This document shows positions 55,101-61,100 of a stretch of DNA of 64,000 nucleotides, one piece after another. The DNA comes from an uncultured Verrucomicrobiota bacterium (GTDB lineage: Bacteria > Verrucomicrobiota > Kiritimatiellia > CAIVKH01). The stretch lies in the NCBI GenBank assembly GCA_937873455.1, contig CALMYG010000034.1, positions 25,405 through 89,404 on the forward strand, in the 5' to 3' direction. The notes below the pieces were generated by a model. The model did not search any database and was not told where the DNA came from. It worked only from the letters and a program-made list of their open reading frames with translations. Both the position numbers and the translations under genes were made by a program. Positions within the stretch are counted from its first letter, which is position 1. Each line of letters begins with the position of its first letter.

Positions 55101-58100
55101 GTGGAACTCCGGGTAGAATCCCATTGCGTCACGTTGCTGACGATCGCCGATCCTATGGACAAGCTGCTATTGATGTCTGGATTCGTATTGTCGCGGCTCA
55201 GACCCGATCCGGCGTCGCGCGCGCCCAGCCAGAACACCAGGGCATTGCCACCGGACAGGTTGGTCAACGCGGCATCGGTGGTGGTGTAGGTGATGTTGGT
55301 GGAAGAACCCGACCCGGTGGATATCTGGGCCGAACCAAGCGAGATGTGCAGGTTGCGTGATGCGCTGTTGTGCGGCGAGGCAATGGTCTCCAGCGTCGGC
55401 GCAGTTGTATCGTCATCCACCACCGTGAACGCGATCGGGGTGCTGTTGGACAAGACGGCGATGTTGAGGGCGGGCACGCCGTTGGAAGAAATCGCGCTCC
55501 AGCGGCCGGTATAGGAGCCCAGCATCACCGCCGCCTGGGGCACGGTGAAGCCAAAGCTGGTGTTGGAGGCGATCAAGGTCTTGCCGCTATCCTGGTAGGA
55601 CATGGCCGAAAACACCCGGTCGGTGACGATTTCGACACCGTTGGGATTGAGGATATCGAAGTTGGGCAGGAAGAACGGCGGGGTGGTGCTGGAGGAATTG
55701 ACCCCCGCCTCGGCACGAAGGGCGACCATGAACGGGAAGCTGCCGGCGGCGACCTGGCCGTCGAATACGTGGTTGGTGGCGTTCCCGGCGATGTAGTTGG
55801 TCGCCACCACGCCCTGGAGTTTAAGCAGGTCCGACCACGACGATGCCACGCGAATTTCGTCGAAGAACACGTCGCCGATGGTGCCGTCGGGCGCGGCCAC
55901 CGCGCCGGCGTGGATGCGGATGCCATTGACGGAATTGATTTCGTTGACCGGCGCGGTGCTGGTGGCATCCCACGACGAGGGCTCAACCTCGGGTACGGTT
56001 GAGGTGCGGTAGAAGCCCTTGGCATCGAGTTGCCGGGTGTCGAGGTTGTAGCGCATGACCACGAGGTACACGTTGCCGGTGTCGCCAGAACCACCGCCAA
56101 ACGGATTGAATTCAAACGAGGACACATTCTTGGTGATATTCGGGCCGTTGACGCCAAGCCGTCGACCTTCCGTGGCGTCAGACACCTTGCCGGCGAAGGC
56201 CTTCTCGGTGGTATTGGACATGAGCGAGATACCGGCCCACTTGTTCGCGCCCTGGAACTGGTAGGAGATGATTGCCGCGGCGTAAATGGTGCCGGAGTTG
56301 ACCGCCGGGAACGAGCGTTCGGCCCGTCCGGAGAGGCCATCGCCGGGATTGGTCAACCGCACACGGTTGGCCGCCTGGTTCGGATAGGCGGGCATGTTGA
56401 AGAAGCGCGGAACCGCCGGGGAATCCGATCCGAAATTGGTCCGGACGCCCCAGGTCCCCGCACCCACCGACCACGCCCCGCTCCATCCGTTACCGCCGCT
56501 CAATCCGGCCAGCACGTTGACGCCATTGGTGTAGGCAAACGGCTCGATGATCTCAGGACCGTAATTGCCGGTGGTCGCGGTCGCGAGCAGATGCGTCGAG
56601 TAGTGGTTGTTGTTCACGGCATACACCCGGTAATTGTGGGTCTGGCCGGGAGCCACGATGTGTTCGAAGTACGCCGATGACCCCTGATAAATGACCGTCC
56701 CGCCACCGAGCGCGGTAGTGACCGGGTAGGAGGTATTATCGGTCGGATGGGCCGATGGTTCCGCCCCCTCGCGATAGACAATCATCACCGGCAAGGACGA
56801 TCCGATGGTGAGATGTACCGTCTCATTGCCATCCGCCGTCGCGGTAAAGCTGGTGGCCGGAGGAATGTTGGTCACGGTCATGGTGTACACCACATCCACG
56901 GCGCCGTTGGTCTGGTTGCCGGTGATGCGGTTGGTGGCGACATAGGTGCCCGCCGCGATGTTGACCGCGCTGACCGTGCCGGTATGGATGCGACTTGCGC
57001 CGCCGTTGACCGTCCCGCCAGTGGGGGCCACGGTCAGCCAGCCGGAACCACTGCCGTAGGTGGTGGTGTTGGTGTAGAGCAAGGCCGACGAGCCGGTATT
57101 GGTCACGGCAAACGTCGCGGAGGCGGTGTTGCCTTTCATGACCGAGAGGGCGATGTTGGTCGGTCCGACATAAACCGCCGGTTCCGTAGAGACGATGTCC
57201 AATAATTCATAATAGTTCGTGGCAATGCGGACTTCATCCCACCGCATGCCGACATTGCCGCCGAGGCGGATGCGGTTTACCTGGGTCATGGCGCCGGCAT
57301 GCGTCAGTTGCCAAGTTACCGGCTCGATGGCCGGCACGGACTGGGTGGCGTTGGTGTAGAGATTGCCGTACGTGATGTTGGCCCCGAAGTCGTGCATTGC
57401 GATGATCGTGTAGTCAGTATCCGGCAACAGGGTTGCCGTGCCGAGAACGTTGTTACCGATGGTAAAGCCGCGATCCCCGGAGAACGACTCGCCGACGAAC
57501 TTCAATTCGGTGGCGCCGTTGTAGAAGCTGAAGCCGCTCCATTGGGTGGTGTTGCCGCCGTCGTTGCGGAACTTGAAGGACACGTAGAGTTTCCCGGAAT
57601 TGACGTTATTGATGCCGCGGAATGCCTGGGAGTTGGTGCCGACCAGAATGTTGCCGCCCATCGCCGGATAACCGCTCACCTGCGTGAAGTGGGTGGTAGA
57701 GATCGTGTAGTTGCCGGAGGTTACCTCCCAATTGCTGGTCCAGTTGCGCCCGCCGCCGCGGTTATTCAGCGACAACCCGTTCGTGTAGGCGAACTGCTCT
57801 ATGACCAGATTCTGGTAGGCCGGATTGGTCGAGGCACCGGTCACGCCGGTCGAGTAGTGGTTGTTGTTGATCGAATAGAAGGCGTAGTGGTTGATGGTTC
57901 CGGGAATGACCACATGTTCAAAGGTGGCGGCCGCGCCCTTGTAGATGACCCGTGATCCGTCTCCGCCGAAGGCTTCGCCCGCGTTGTAGGATGTTCCATT
58001 GACCGGCACGGACGGCGCATTGGTGGCGCGGTGGATGATCATTACGTCATGCGAGGCATTCTTGGTCCAGAACAAGCGGGTGAACTCCGGCGCCTCGCCC

Positions 58101-61100
58101 TGTACCGTCACCGCCGTCGGGTCGGGAATCGCGGTCAAGGTAAGCTGAACGTTGATGGTCTGCGGCGAGTTGGTCGCGGCGTTTTCGCCGGCGCCGGTCT
58201 GGGTGATGGTGATGGTCGCGTTGCTGACCCCGGCGTGGAGGCCGGCCACGCTGTAGGTCACGGTGTGCGACTGGGTCTGACCGGAGGTGCGGTTGGTCGC
58301 GGTAATCGGCGACACCGACAACCAACTTGCATTGGTGCTGATGACATACGACAAGCTGCTACCACCGACGTTGGTCACCGCAAACGATCCGGCGGACGGG
58401 CTGGTGCCGACAGTGGTCGAGACGGTCAATCCGCTTCCAACACCGATGCCGGGGGCGATGTCGGCGGTGGTGAAGTTGGCCGGATTGCCACTGGCCGTGT
58501 TGGTGTTGTAGTTCACAAACACCGCGCTGGTGTAATACTCATACACCCGGAAGTGATAGGAGGTGTTGGTCTTCAGGCCGGTCACGGTGATCGGGCCGCC
58601 GCCAGTGCCGGCAAATACCACCCAGTTTCCAGTGCCGATTTGACTGCCGCTGCCAAACACGGTGTTGGCGGTGTAGGTGTTGTTGTTCACCGGGTCGGCG
58701 TTGACCGCCGAAGCCTCGCGGGCCACGACCAGGCGGTGCGAGCCGTTGCCGTTGGACCAGTTGATGGTCAGGCTGGTCTGGGTCCGGGACGACAAGGTGA
58801 TCGTGTGGGCCTGGGTGGCCGGCATGGGCGTGAAGGTAAGCACCAGGTTGCCACCGCTAGCGCTCAAGCTGAACACGCCGCCGTTCTTGGCCGAGGCCCA
58901 ACTCGTCTCGTCGAGGGTGAAGTTTGCCGCCGAGGAAATCCCGCCCACAATCAGGTTCCAATTGTACTCGTTCGCCGAGTTCCAGTTACTGATCTGGCTG
59001 GAATCGATGGCCACGGTCACGGTGGCGTTGATGGTGACCGAACCGGCGTTGTTGATGAAGTCGCGGTCGGCGGTGTTCGCAGCGTTGCCGATCTTGAACC
59101 GGGCGGTCGAGCCGTTGTTCATGACCAGCGAGGCGACATCGAGACCGCCGATGGCTGAAGCGCTGTTGCCGGGGGCGACGGTACCACTGACGGTCAACGC
59201 TCCAACCGTGCCATTGCCGCGCAGGGTGGTTCCGGAATAGACGCGGAAGCCAGCGTCAGCCACGGATCCGCTGACCACCACGGTACCGTTGCTGATATTG
59301 AAGTCGCTATTGAAGGTACTCGTGCCGGATAGGGTAAGCGAACCGGCCCCAATCTTGTTGATAATACCGGGTCCACTCAAGGCCCCGGCATAGGTGCCGT
59401 CGGTCGACTGATCAAACACCAGCGTATCCTCGACAGTGATCGCGCCCTGCAAGCTGGTCGTGCTGCCCTGCAAGATGCCTTCGTCGACCACGGTGCCGCC
59501 CGAGTAATTATTAGCCCCGGTCAAGATCACCCGCCCGGAACCCACTTTCATTAGCTCGTAGGCGCCGGAGATCTCGCCGGATAGATTCATGACTCCCAAA
59601 GCGCCGATGGCCGTGTCGGAGGCCAAGCTGATGTTGCCCGAGAAGGTTACTTCGTTGGCGGAGTTGAACAACGCGCCCACGCCGTTAGTTCCTGTGCCGT
59701 TCAGCACCAGGTTTTCGGCATAGGACTGCCCGTTGATCGATGACTCAAGGGTAGCACCAGCTTCCACCACGGTGTTCCCGGCGGTTGTCCCCAATGCATT
59801 GGCATGGCTGAGGCGAATGCCGCCGGCGCTGATGGTGGTCGCTCCGCTGTAGGAGTTGTTACCGGAGAGGGTAATCGTACCGTTGGCCAGTTTAACCACG
59901 GAACCCGTTCCACTGATCACGTCGCTGTGCGTCAAGGCATTTGAGCGATTGAACACCAAAACCGCATTGTTTGTGATCGCACCCGTTATGGCGCCTGCGG
60001 TACTGCCGATGCCGATATGAAGTTCGCCGTCGTCAATTCGAGTGCCCATGTCATAGGTGTTCGCACCGGAGAGGGCCAGAGGAGCCGCCCCCTGCTTGAT
60101 CAAACCGCCATTGGAAATAATGCCGCTGATGATATTGGTCCCGACGGCTAAACTGGTGATCGCGCGCATTTCACCGCCCAGATTCATAGTGCCGCTCATG
60201 GTCATAAGGCCGGAGGCATAACCCAGGGTGAAGTCACCATGCAGAACCGAACGCTTGGGAGTCACGCGACGTGTGCCGCTATTGCCGCGAAGCGTCGTAC
60301 CATCATGGATGTTGATCAAACCGCTGGGCCCAAGGCCATTATTATTGCCGATGATAATCGTTCCATTAACAAGGTTAATTGTTCCGGTCATGGTGTTGGC
60401 GACGCTCAGGGTCAAGTTGCCCGCATTATTTTTATAAATAGCGCCGTCGCCCGTTGCTTTATTTCCGTTGACCAGGACTAGGCTGGGGGTCAATGAACCG
60501 GCGCCGATCAACGATAACGTATTGTTGGCCAAATCAACGGTATTGCTGAAGGTCAGGGTGGCATTCGCGTCCAGATTGACCAAGGTATCCCCGGCCAACG
60601 TAATCGTTCCGCCCAAGGTCCGGTTATTCGCCGTAACGTTGCGCAACGCGCCGCCACTTGACACCCCCGAACCCGAGATCGTCAAGGTTTCGTGAACCGG
60701 CGTAAACGCGCCGCTGAATTCCAAAGCGCCTCCACTGGCGATGATCGTCGCGCCATCAATGGTTCCCAGTCCGTTGGTTTGTTGAATCCTCACGATGCCG
60801 TTATTGATGGTCGTCAACCCGGTATAGCTATTGTTGTTGGTGAGAATGATGCGGCCGGAGCCTTCCTTAACCAAACTCCCCGAGCCGCTGATTACGCCAA
60901 AGAACGACAAATCATCGGCGTTGTTATGGGTCCAGGTCTGATTGGCCCCGAGTACGATGGGGTGGCGAAATACGTGGGCGCCCGATCCGCTGGCGTGGGT
61001 GGTGATGCCGGCGCCTCCGATGGTCAAAGCGCTGGTATTGGTGAAGTTCAGCGCGGTGACCGCCGTATTGAGGAAGTCAAGTCCGCCGACCGAATAGGTG

